Source of the DNA: a virus
Taxonomy: Duplodnaviria > Heunggongvirae > Uroviricota > Caudoviricetes
IMG/VR virus record: IMGVR_UViG_3300028832_002797
DNA length: 43,395 bases
Direction: 5' to 3' (one strand)
Shown here: positions 17,807-25,221 of the stretch, piece by piece
Layout: the number at the start of each line of letters is the position of its first letter
Position numbering within the stretch: the stretch's first letter is position 1
Translations under genes and position numbers: made by a program
The notes under the pieces: generated by a model
What the model saw: only the letters and a program-made list of their open reading frames with translations
The model's database searches: none
Told to the model about the DNA's origin: nothing

Positions 17807-18085
17807 ATGATTCGTTTCAGATATACAAATTGGGAAGGCGTAGTTACGGAATATACGCTGAAAGAACCGGTAATAGGGCATAATCATTATGACGATTTGT
17901 CTCTATATTGCTATGCTGAAGATACTATGGGATATACACGACATGCCTGGTTGATAGATTCGACTTCTGAACTTTTTATTAATGATAAGAAATATGATGG
18001 GGACTATATTCTGGAAAACTGGAAAGAAATTAACATTCTGATAAAACAATCCGAAGAAATCGAATGCTTAGAGGTACTTGACTGA
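17807..18085 (+). CDS. Array paralog
   Basis: Ends LFINDKKY...ECLEVLD. Confidence 0.85.
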   Translation: MIRFRYTNWEGVVTEYTLKEPVIGHNHYDDLSLYCYAEDTMGYTRHAWLIDSTSELFINDKKYDGDYILENWKEINILIKQSEEIECLEVLD

Positions 18086-18375
18086 TGATTAAAGTTTATG
18101 ACCATAGATGTGGAACACTGTGTGAGGTTAGGAGCTGTTCTCTTGTAAAAGCCGGCGAATGTTTTGACTTAACCTATTCTTACTGGGTAAGTCCGAAGAA
18201 TTTCCAGGTTAAACATCTTACGTTTTCGCCTTACATTTACGAGGAACGAAACTCTAATTATATCGAAATAAACGACATTAAGTACAAATACGATAATATC
18301 CGTAAAAGATTCGGACTTATCCAAGCCCTTATCGAAAAAGAAAGTATCATATCTGCAATAGAGGAACTTCCATGA
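18085..18375 (+). CDS. Array paralog
   Basis: Ends YIEINDIKYKY...SAIEELP. Confidence 0.85.
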   Translation: MIKVYDHRCGTLCEVRSCSLVKAGECFDLTYSYWVSPKNFQVKHLTFSPYIYEERNSNYIEINDIKYKYDNIRKRFGLIQALIEKESIISAIEELP

Positions 18376-18644
18376 TTAAGTATACTTTCAAACGTATTTC
18401 TGACAATAAATTTCAAACTATCGAGATTTGTAATGCCTTAAAATTAGCACAATATAATGGCAGTGTTTTTATTACGATTTCTGAAACTAGCTTTCTTCAA
18501 TTCGACAAATATGACGATGATGGGAGTTTCCTTGACATTGGCGGGAAAATCTATACGAAAGACCAAATTATGGAAAATCCAGAAAAAGTCTTCGTAGCCA
18601 TGAAAAATGACATTCTCAGTACCGAAATCGAGGCCCTTCCATGA
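18372..18644 (+). CDS. Array paralog
   Basis: Ends FLDIGGKIY...ENPEKV...EIEALP. Confidence 0.85.
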   Translation: MIKYTFKRISDNKFQTIEICNALKLAQYNGSVFITISETSFLQFDKYDDDGSFLDIGGKIYTKDQIMENPEKVFVAMKNDILSTEIEALP

Positions 18645-18964
18645 TTAAAGCATACAACTCCCAAACGCTTACACATTATGACAAAATCATAGAGGCAAAG
18701 CTGTACCCAAATCCCAAATACAAAAATGACAAGTTTGATACCTATACCTATATAGACCAGTTTACCCTGGAATTCAAGACAGACATTAACGAAAGGTCCG
18801 ATTTTATTAATTTTTCCAAATATAGTATGGGCGAATGCTATATCAGCAATATCGTAATCAACGATAAAGAATATACCTACATGGAAATCCGTAAGGAATA
18901 CGAACACCTCCAGGCCCTTATCGAAAGGGAAATAAACCTGACCAATATTGCCCTCCTACCCTAA
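18641..18964 (+). CDS. Array paralog
   Basis: Ends IVINDKEYTY...ALIERE...NIALLP. Confidence 0.85.
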   Translation: MIKAYNSQTLTHYDKIIEAKLYPNPKYKNDKFDTYTYIDQFTLEFKTDINERSDFINFSKYSMGECYISNIVINDKEYTYMEIRKEYEHLQALIEREINLTNIALLP

Positions 18965-18970
18965 AAAGGG

Positions 18971-18999
18971 CTTACATACCCCCTTAAATTTGCTATATT
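18971..18999 (+). promoter_or_regulatory. Sigma70-type promoter CTTACA-N17-TATATT
   Basis: ATG at 19006, 6 nt after the -10 box. Confidence 0.7.
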
Positions 19000-19005
19000 A
19001 GGGGT

Positions 19006-19290
19006 ATGGTCTTCCTTAAAACTATAACTTCATTTGATCATCCGTTCATGGACGTAATCAAGGATATTGTCAATATAGCCTATTCGCCATATTCTTTTAG
19101 ATTAGATTACAAAAATGCTGCGGGACATCAAATCCGGTCCACCTTCACCAAGGGTATGGACCCTGAAACACATAATATAAGGATAAATGACGATACCTTT
19201 TCCCCTAAGGAAATGGTAGATAACCCTGAAAAGATGGCAGCTTTGATAAGACAGGATTTGACAAATTCGGCAATAGAGGCCCTTCCATGA
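19006..19290 (+). CDS. Array paralog
   Basis: Ends IRINDDTF...DNPEKM...SAIEALP. Confidence 0.85.
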   Translation: MVFLKTITSFDHPFMDVIKDIVNIAYSPYSFRLDYKNAAGHQIRSTFTKGMDPETHNIRINDDTFSPKEMVDNPEKMAALIRQDLTNSAIEALP

Positions 19291-19574
19291 TTACCATAAT
19301 ATATGACAAAAAGAAAAACATTAAAGAGAATGTTCTGGAACCGGTCAAATTCGTCGAGGATGCCGTATATCTGAATTTATTCTATCATAAGCTTAACTAC
19401 CAGCAACGTGAAATTTCAGATTATATAGGTTTTAACAAGTATACTAAAAACGGCTATCTTCTAAAAATAGGAGATAAAGTATTTAAACCTGCGCAAATCA
19501 TAGAAAATCCAGAACATATCCTGGCCCTGATGAAACAAGACTTCTTAAAACAAGCCCTCGAGGAACTTCCATGA
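19287..19574 (+). CDS. Array paralog
   Basis: Ends LKIGDKVF...ENPEH...QALEELP. Confidence 0.85.
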   Translation: MITIIYDKKKNIKENVLEPVKFVEDAVYLNLFYHKLNYQQREISDYIGFNKYTKNGYLLKIGDKVFKPAQIIENPEHILALMKQDFLKQALEELP

Positions 19575-19900
19575 TTACATTCCATAATTCCGGTTATTCT
19601 TTTCGGATGTACGGGAAGCATATGGACTCGCCCGCCCTTATCTATGCCAAGGGTACTATTTTTGTCCCGTATTTTGATAAGTCAGATCCTATCGGCTGTC
19701 TCGCGATGTACCAAATGTTTAGTAGCATATTCTATACAGGCTATTACATATATTCGAATGAACCCGAAAACTATCTGCAAATAACCAACAAGGAGATTGA
19801 CCAGAAGTTTTACTATGAGGATATTGTCAAAGACATAGACAAGCTGAACATCCTAATCGAAAAGGAAAAGCTCGGAGATGCCATCGAGGAACTGCCATGA
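19571..19900 (+). CDS. Array paralog
   Basis: Ends ...FYYEDIVKDIDKL...DAIEELP. Confidence 0.85.
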   Translation: MITFHNSGYSFRMYGKHMDSPALIYAKGTIFVPYFDKSDPIGCLAMYQMFSSIFYTGYYIYSNEPENYLQITNKEIDQKFYYEDIVKDIDKLNILIEKEKLGDAIEELP

Positions 19901-20178
19901 TTTCAGTATTTAACGGATTTACATATATTAAACACGCGAATATCATCGTTTCGTATTTTATTCGATATAGGGACGGTTTTAAGTTGACCTATACCATCCC
20001 CGGACGCTCTGAACATTTTGCCCAGTATTTCGAAAGCACAGACCCCTATGACAGCGTGTCCTATATGACGATAAACGGGAAGAAATACGACAGCGACAAC
20101 ATGGAAAAGAACTTTGACAGAATCCAAACGCTCTTAACCCAGGAAAGCAATTTAAGAGCAATCGAGGCCCTCCCATGA
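19897..20178 (+). CDS. Array paralog
   Basis: Ends YMTINGKKY...RAIEALP. Confidence 0.85.
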   Translation: MISVFNGFTYIKHANIIVSYFIRYRDGFKLTYTIPGRSEHFAQYFESTDPYDSVSYMTINGKKYDSDNMEKNFDRIQTLLTQESNLRAIEALP

Positions 20179-20459
20179 TTAAATTCATCCAGCAAAGCTC
20201 TATCATCCGTTCCGAAACGACGGTAAAGGACGTCTACGGCTACAGGTCCATGTACAACGGCGTCTATTTCTATTACCATACCCAACACGACAACGAGGCC
20301 TGGGAACTCTTCTCGAACACCCCCGCACACGACAACCATTTTATCCAGATAGGAAATAATGCCTACCAGGCCAAAGATATAATAAAAAATCCAGAACGTA
20401 TCTTCGCCCTCATGCAGCAGGATTCAATCGACGAAGCACTCGATAAACTTCCGGGTTGA
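20175..20459 (+). CDS. Array paralog
   Basis: Ends FIQIGNNAY...KNPER...EALDKLPG. Confidence 0.85.
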   Translation: MIKFIQQSSIIRSETTVKDVYGYRSMYNGVYFYYHTQHDNEAWELFSNTPAHDNHFIQIGNNAYQAKDIIKNPERIFALMQQDSIDEALDKLPG

Positions 20460-20484
20460 CATATACCCTACATTTTACTATATT
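20456..20484 (+). promoter_or_regulatory. Sigma70-type promoter TTGACA-N17-TATATT
   Basis: The -35 box contains the upstream TGA stop; ATG at 20492. Confidence 0.8.
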
Positions 20485-20491
20485 ATTGACC

Positions 20492-20815
20492 ATGATGATA
20501 CTTCTCCTCACGGTCTTTATATCCTATGCCCTCTACCTCGGTTTCAAGGACGTCATGAAATTAAAGAAAGACGCCTTCATGATGGCCATGCAGGATCTCC
20601 CCTATACCCGCCCAGAAATCAAGAAAAGCCTCTTCGAATACCTGGAAGTAGCAAACCTTAACTCCCTCAGGCAGGAAAGGAAACAACTCTTGTTCCCCGG
20701 AAACCTCTGGGAACAAGGCTACAGGACAGCAAACCAGGTCATAGACGACCTCCCCAGGCTCATAGCCCGCGAACGCAATATCGAAACCGAATATATCATC
20801 GAGAAACTTCCATGA
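20492..20815 (+). CDS. Membrane-anchored protein with an array-type C-terminal tail
   Basis: N-terminal TM segment MMILLLTVFISYALYLGF; ends YIIEKLP with an ATGA overlap. Confidence 0.8.
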   Translation: MMILLLTVFISYALYLGFKDVMKLKKDAFMMAMQDLPYTRPEIKKSLFEYLEVANLNSLRQERKQLLFPGNLWEQGYRTANQVIDDLPRLIARERNIETEYIIEKLP

Positions 20816-21108
20816 TTCATGTATATAACGGTAAACTATATACCAATGTTGTAAATCCAAAGCTGGAATATGTTACAGATAGTATCTTCCCACCTTATAA
20901 TCCATATTACTGGATAACTTTCTGGGAAGGCCCTAAAGCACAATTTACGAGGGTAGACTTCCGAGATTTCTCCGAGGAAATAAATAACAATTATATCGAA
21001 ATCAATCACCAGCAATTCAAATATAAAGATATAAAAGAAAACCTGGAATATATCCAGGCCCTAATCGAAAACGATGTTAACCAGGAAGCTATCGAGACCC
21101 TCCCATGA
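20812..21108 (+). CDS. Array paralog
   Basis: Ends YIEINHQQFKY...EAIETLP. Confidence 0.85.
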   Translation: MIHVYNGKLYTNVVNPKLEYVTDSIFPPYNPYYWITFWEGPKAQFTRVDFRDFSEEINNNYIEINHQQFKYKDIKENLEYIQALIENDVNQEAIETLP

Positions 21109-21410
21109 TTACCATGGACTACATATCCTCCAACAATAAACCGCAATCTATTAACGTTATAGACCTACATTCCCTATATCATAAAAAAGCCCTGTTCAGG
21201 GACGGTTCCGACTGTGTAATCTTTGGTATTAAAAGCGACCATAACTATAACATCCTATATACCAATTCGAAATTCTATCCCGAAAATACCCAGTATATAC
21301 ATATCAATAAGACAGTATTCAATATCAAAGAAATCATGGAAAACCCGGATAGAATATACTCTTTAATGCAACAAGAACTATTAAGAGATTCTATAGACAA
21401 TTTACCCTAA
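21105..21410 (+). CDS. Array paralog (last member)
   Basis: Ends YIHINKTVF...ENPDR...DSIDNLP. Confidence 0.85.
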   Translation: MITMDYISSNNKPQSINVIDLHSLYHKKALFRDGSDCVIFGIKSDHNYNILYTNSKFYPENTQYIHINKTVFNIKEIMENPDRIYSLMQQELLRDSIDNLP

Positions 21411-21956
21411 TATTTCCAGAATAATATATACTTATTCACCCTTTATTGACATAAATCAATTAAGCTAAAAATAGGCCAGAAATAAGTATAATTTCATAGG
21501 GTAAAAATCTATTAAGCAAAATCCCCCAAATCCTTTATTTTTCAAGCATTCTGAGCATTTTCATATCTATTAAGAATATCCAGAATTATACCCAAAATCT
21601 ATTAAGATTTTTACGAGAAATTTTTATACAATTTACTAACATTTTATTCACAGGCCCGCCCGTCTCCGTGTAAGCATATTTTAGCCCGCCCGAATCTATT
21701 AAGACCGTTTCAGGCTCGCCAAATCTATTAATCAGAAAATAGGCTCGCTAAAATCTATTAAGATAAATACCTTACTAGAAATCTGGCTCGCCGGAATACT
21801 TAGATCTTAATTGTAAAAAATTTTTTACGCAAAAAATTTTTTTTCGTAAAATTTTTCGGCGATCCAATTCCGACTACAGATTTCCACCATATAAGAAAAA
21901 TCCAGAATTAACTTCTGGATTTTCTATTAAGCCCGGCGGGCCGAATTCAATTAAGG
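21411..21956. repeat. Repeat-rich non-coding region, putative replication origin
   Basis: Seven TCTATTAA copies, five GGC(T/C)CGC-like copies, and A/T palindromes such as GTAAAAAATTTTTTAC; lies where transcription converges. Confidence 0.5.
21897..21923. terminator. Intrinsic terminator, possibly bidirectional
   Basis: AAAATCCAGAA-N5-TTCTGGATTTT. Confidence 0.65.
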
Positions 21957-22394
21957 TTATTCCTTGGGGATCGCTGTGAATTTGAAATAGTCTTTCCATT
22001 TATTCACGATGTGGGATTTCTGTTCCTTGGTCAGGATTCCGAGGTAGAACTTGGCTTCGCGGTCCGTCAGGTCATATTCCTTCTTGACGGAATCGATTTC
22101 GACCGGATCATATTCCTGGGTTCCCTTGAAGTAGTCGTATTTGAAATAGTGCTTGGTATGCTTTACGTACCCGATGAGGATATTGTAGTGCATATCGTCG
22201 GTCAGTTTCTGTGTGGCGAGCTGGTCCGCCACCGGAATCAAATAGTCGTAGGAGCAGATGAACCTGTTGATCATGAACTGGGAATAGCCATTCTGGAGTT
22301 CTTCCGGAAGGTCTTTCCATTCCGGGTACTGTTTGGTACAGAGTGCTGTCAGGATGTCCCAGAGAGGATTACGCTTTTTCGGTTTTGTTTCCAT
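21957..22394 (-). CDS. gp62: Clamp loader small subunit, T4 gp62-like
   Basis: Patterns YSQFMINRF and VKKEYDLTDREAKFYLGILTKEQ, the size, and the position downstream of gp45/gp44. Confidence 0.7.
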   Translation of the reverse strand: METKPKKRNPLWDILTALCTKQYPEWKDLPEELQNGYSQFMINRFICSYDYLIPVADQLATQKLTDDMHYNILIGYVKHTKHYFKYDYFKGTQEYDPVEIDSVKKEYDLTDREAKFYLGILTKEQKSHIVNKWKDYFKFTAIPKE

Positions 22395-23181
22395 CGTCTA
22401 CCTTCTTGGTTGGTATTGTCTTGATTTTGGACATATCGAACTTCGAGAGTCTTGAAATCGGCCAGTTGCCGTTGACCGCGGAAGTCCACTTGTTGAAGAA
22501 ATTCAACCTGAGCTGTTCCCAGTTCTTAGGGAGTTCGCCTTGGGATTCATGTTTGACCGAGACCGCCACCGTGGCTACCCGATAGCCCGCGGCGAGCGCC
22601 TGAAGACAGATGTCGGCATCGTAGAAGTGAAAATCCGGAAGTAATTCGTCGAATCTGAAACCTTTTTCGAAGAACCACTTGGGGAAGAACATGCAGCATC
22701 CGTCCACCGTGGCCATGAACTTATGGTTACCAGGGAGATCGTTCATCGGGTATTCATAGTGTTCCATTACGGGTTTACCGTCCTTGTCGAGAATCGGATT
22801 CTTGTTCTCGTCGAGTTTCGGCCTCATTCCGCCCTGGATGATGGAACCTGCACCGTAGTTGGCTCGACCGCCAGCGGATGGGACTCCATGCCACCATGCA
22901 CAGCCCTGGTCCAAGGCGATCGTACCGATGACTCCCATGACCGCCGCGTTGAATTCTTGGCAGACCTTATCGACTTTGAATTCGATAACGTCCAGGGGAG
23001 TTCTCAGTTCTGTATCTTCATGGCGGAAACAGATATATTTCTCGTCCGAATTCAAAACGAACTGTTCGATGGCCCTGTTGTATTTCTTGGCCATGGAGTC
23101 ATGAGGGATGTTTTCGATATACTTGACCTTATCGGAATCGACCTGGTTAGTTCTGTTGCTGATCGGGATTATCTGAAGCAT
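22369..23181 (-). CDS. GT-A fold glycosyltransferase-like protein
   Basis: Motifs CFRHED, ATVDGCCMF, RFDE..FHFYDADICLQ and VKHES. Confidence 0.7.
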   Translation of the reverse strand: MLQIIPISNRTNQVDSDKVKYIENIPHDSMAKKYNRAIEQFVLNSDEKYICFRHEDTELRTPLDVIEFKVDKVCQEFNAAVMGVIGTIALDQGCAWWHGVPSAGGRANYGAGSIIQGGMRPKLDENKNPILDKDGKPVMEHYEYPMNDLPGNHKFMATVDGCCMFFPKWFFEKGFRFDELLPDFHFYDADICLQALAAGYRVATVAVSVKHESQGELPKNWEQLRLNFFNKWTSAVNGNWPISRLSKFDMSKIKTIPTKKVDDGNKTEKA

Positions 23182-23848
23182 TCAATGTGTCCTTTATATT
23201 TCTGATAACGAAGCTCGCGTCCTTAACCTTGGACATGTAGCCTGTCATGAGTCTCTGTGCGAAATCGCTGTAGATATTGGTATTTTCGTCCTTGAAGATA
23301 ACGAGTTTGGCGAGCCTGAAGCTGCCTTCGAAGAGTTTATATCTCTTGTCTTCCTCGAGATTAGGGCAGATCCGTTCGACATCTATGGGCAGTTCCGCAA
23401 AATTTATAGCCTTATAGGTTAATTTTTCGCGGTCTTGCTCTGAAATATCAGGCGGGAAAATGTAGTATGCGGGCTCGCATTTAGATTTCAAAGCCTGCAT
23501 TCTTCTACGTTTTTCCAGCTCAGTTAACGGTTTCGGGCCGAATTTTTCGAGGGATTTATAGATTTCTTTCAGTTGCAGTTCGAATAACTGGCCGATACGG
23601 ACGTATTCCAGTTCATTATCCCAGTAACAGCAGGTCATAGGGAAGGCTGCGCGCTGGGTCATCTTGTAGACCAGATCGCGATCTCGCTGCGTAGTTACCT
23701 CTACGAAATAGAGGTTTCCGTTATTGATATGTTCAATGGACTGTCTGTACTTATGGCATATTTCGCAGGAATCCTGTGATAACACATAGATTCCGTGCTT
23801 ATAGCCTATGGCGAAGTCCTGAAATGATATTTTCTGTGAGTCTAACAT
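23147..23848 (-). CDS. Thioredoxin-like domain protein
   Basis: N-terminal CEIC (CxxC) and AAFPMT cis-Pro-like motif; TATAAATA at 23856-23863. Confidence 0.55.
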   Translation of the reverse strand: MLDSQKISFQDFAIGYKHGIYVLSQDSCEICHKYRQSIEHINNGNLYFVEVTTQRDRDLVYKMTQRAAFPMTCCYWDNELEYVRIGQLFELQLKEIYKSLEKFGPKPLTELEKRRRMQALKSKCEPAYYIFPPDISEQDREKLTYKAINFAELPIDVERICPNLEEDKRYKLFEGSFRLAKLVIFKDENTNIYSDFAQRLMTGYMSKVKDASFVIRNIKDTLNASDNPDQQQN

Positions 23849-23855
23849 AGTACCG

Positions 23856-23863
23856 TATTTATA
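23856..23863 (-). promoter_or_regulatory. T4-type late promoter TATAAATA
   Basis: Exact motif overlapping the gp44 stop codon. Confidence 0.55.
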
Positions 23864-24803
23864 CGCATTGGAACATCTGAATCAGACAGGCCAGGATATG
23901 GATTTCCGGGTCATTCGAAATCGAAGCTCTGGCGTCGTATTCGGAGAGCTGGAGATATGCATCGCCTTTCTTTTTCATCTTCGGGATTACTTCTGTCTTG
24001 AGGAATCCGAATACGTCAGTATAGTTGAGGCAGTGTTCGTTGATATAGTTCATGGAATCTGTCAGTTTCTTTTCGAGAATCATCTGGCAGAGAGCATCGC
24101 CGATATTGACATAATCCATTAAACCCGAATCGATCTTGCCCTTCATCATGGAATAGCACTGGAGCCTGGCCAGGATGGTTCTGATTGACGGGAACTTCTT
24201 GTTAATCAACTGGGTGACTGCTTCTTCCTCGTATGGAATCTTAAGATATTTCAGAATTCCGGTAATTCTCTTATAAACCTGTGGGATTAACTCTGCGCGG
24301 TATTCCGGTTTCTGCATATCGAATTTGAGAGTCATGGTACGACCGCCTTCGTCATCTCGGATGGCCGGGATGATCTTGTTGGCATAGTTACATGTCAGGA
24401 TGAATCGGCAGTTGTCAGAGAGATCGTCGAGGATTTCTCTTAAGGCCTTTTGAGCTTCAGGAGTGAGACCGTCAGCTTCGTCCAGGAGAACGAGTTTGGG
24501 AGTATCGTTGAAACTCATGGTCTTGGCGAACTCTTCTACGGTGTTACGGATTGTATTAATGCCGTTGGAGTTGGAAGCATTGAGCTTCATGAACTGTGCG
24601 CCGAGGTCATTGGCGAGCGCCTGTGCGACGGTGGTCTTACCGGTACCGCCGTGACGGGATTCGAGAAGAATGTTTACGCCAGCGTTGTCCTGAACGATCT
24701 TGTTGAAGAAATTCCGATAATCTTGCGGAAGGATAACGTCTTTGAGAGTCTTAGGGCGGAACTTATGTTCCCAGATATATTGTTCAGTAGTAGAATCACT
24801 CAT
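23859..24803 (-). CDS. gp44: Clamp loader large subunit (AAA+), T4 gp44/RFC-like
   Basis: IWEHKFRP, Walker A GGTGKTT, Walker B LLDEAD and CRFILTCNY; start revised to ATG 24803 (AAGG SD). Confidence 0.93.
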   Translation of the reverse strand: MSDSTTEQYIWEHKFRPKTLKDVILPQDYRNFFNKIVQDNAGVNILLESRHGGTGKTTVAQALANDLGAQFMKLNASNSNGINTIRNTVEEFAKTMSFNDTPKLVLLDEADGLTPEAQKALREILDDLSDNCRFILTCNYANKIIPAIRDDEGGRTMTLKFDMQKPEYRAELIPQVYKRITGILKYLKIPYEEEAVTQLINKKFPSIRTILARLQCYSMMKGKIDSGLMDYVNIGDALCQMILEKKLTDSMNYINEHCLNYTDVFGFLKTEVIPKMKKKGDAYLQLSEYDARASISNDPEIHILACLIQMFQCV

Positions 24804-24927
24804 GTTTGTACCTTTAGATAGTTTTACAGGATAAAGATAGAAAAAATCTATTAAGATAAAAAAGAAAGAGGGAAAATCATTTAGATTTTCCCTGGAAAGA
24901 TGCACTGTGGAAAAGGAGGTAAGACAA

Positions 24928-25221
24928 TTAGTGCTTCTTTGCTCTTCGTTCGGCTCTGTTCCTTGGTCGAAGCTGAACTTCGCCAACCTCTCTATCGGGC
25001 TTGGGGAACAGGCACGGGCACGGAACCGGTTCACCTGATTCTGCGTGCCTACCGAGGTAACCCCGGCCATGACACTTTTTACAGTTTGGCTTGGGGTCAT
25101 TTAAGATAATGCCCATCGCTTCGGCTGCACGGCGAATCACAGTCATGGCATTGACGCCATGGAGATCTTCTTCCGGTGCACGCTTATCAGGAGGTACAAG
25201 AGACTGATAATCGATAGACAT
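24928..25221 (-). CDS. Small protein with a DnaJ-like zinc finger
   Basis: CKKCHGRG...PCPC and a basic C-terminus. Confidence 0.65.
   Translation of the reverse strand: MSIDYQSLVPPDKRAPEEDLHGVNAMTVIRRAAEAMGIILNDPKPNCKKCHGRGYLGRHAESGEPVPCPCLFPKPDREVGEVQLRPRNRAERRAKKH

Larger units (their letters stand above)
5308..21410. repeat. Tandem array of about 45 paralogous small genes with a shared C-terminal module
   Basis: Recurring C-terminal pattern [YF]IxIxGxx[YF]xYxxIxxNxxxFxALIxxExxxxAI[ED]xLP*, starts of the MI(K/T/R)V type, and ATGA overlaps. Confidence 0.9.

Noticed and set aside
5308-21410. The array as one or a few long genes fragmented by stop-codon recoding
   Set aside because: Junctions are ATGA or TAATG overlaps that change frame, all three stop codons are used, each unit repeats the same C-terminal motif, and core genes are full length in the standard code.
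5308-21410. CRISPR array
   Set aside because: The recurring element is a short, degenerate coding junction separated by about 300-bp ORFs; there are no identical 25-45-bp repeats with short spacers.
5308-21410. Diversity-generating retroelement target array
   Set aside because: No reverse transcriptase in the window and no template/variable repeat pair differing only at adenines; here the variable part is N-terminal and unalignable.
5308-21410. Classical integron cassette array
   Set aside because: There is no intergenic room for attC hairpins, no recurring GTTRRRY/RYYYAAC pairs were noticed, and no integrase is present in the window. Only a loose analogy is kept.
24804-25100. N-terminal extension of the clamp loader in the ORF track (23859..25100)
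   Set aside because: It overlaps the zinc-finger gene and AT-rich promoter DNA; homology starts at MSDSTTEQYIWEHK, which has its own SD.
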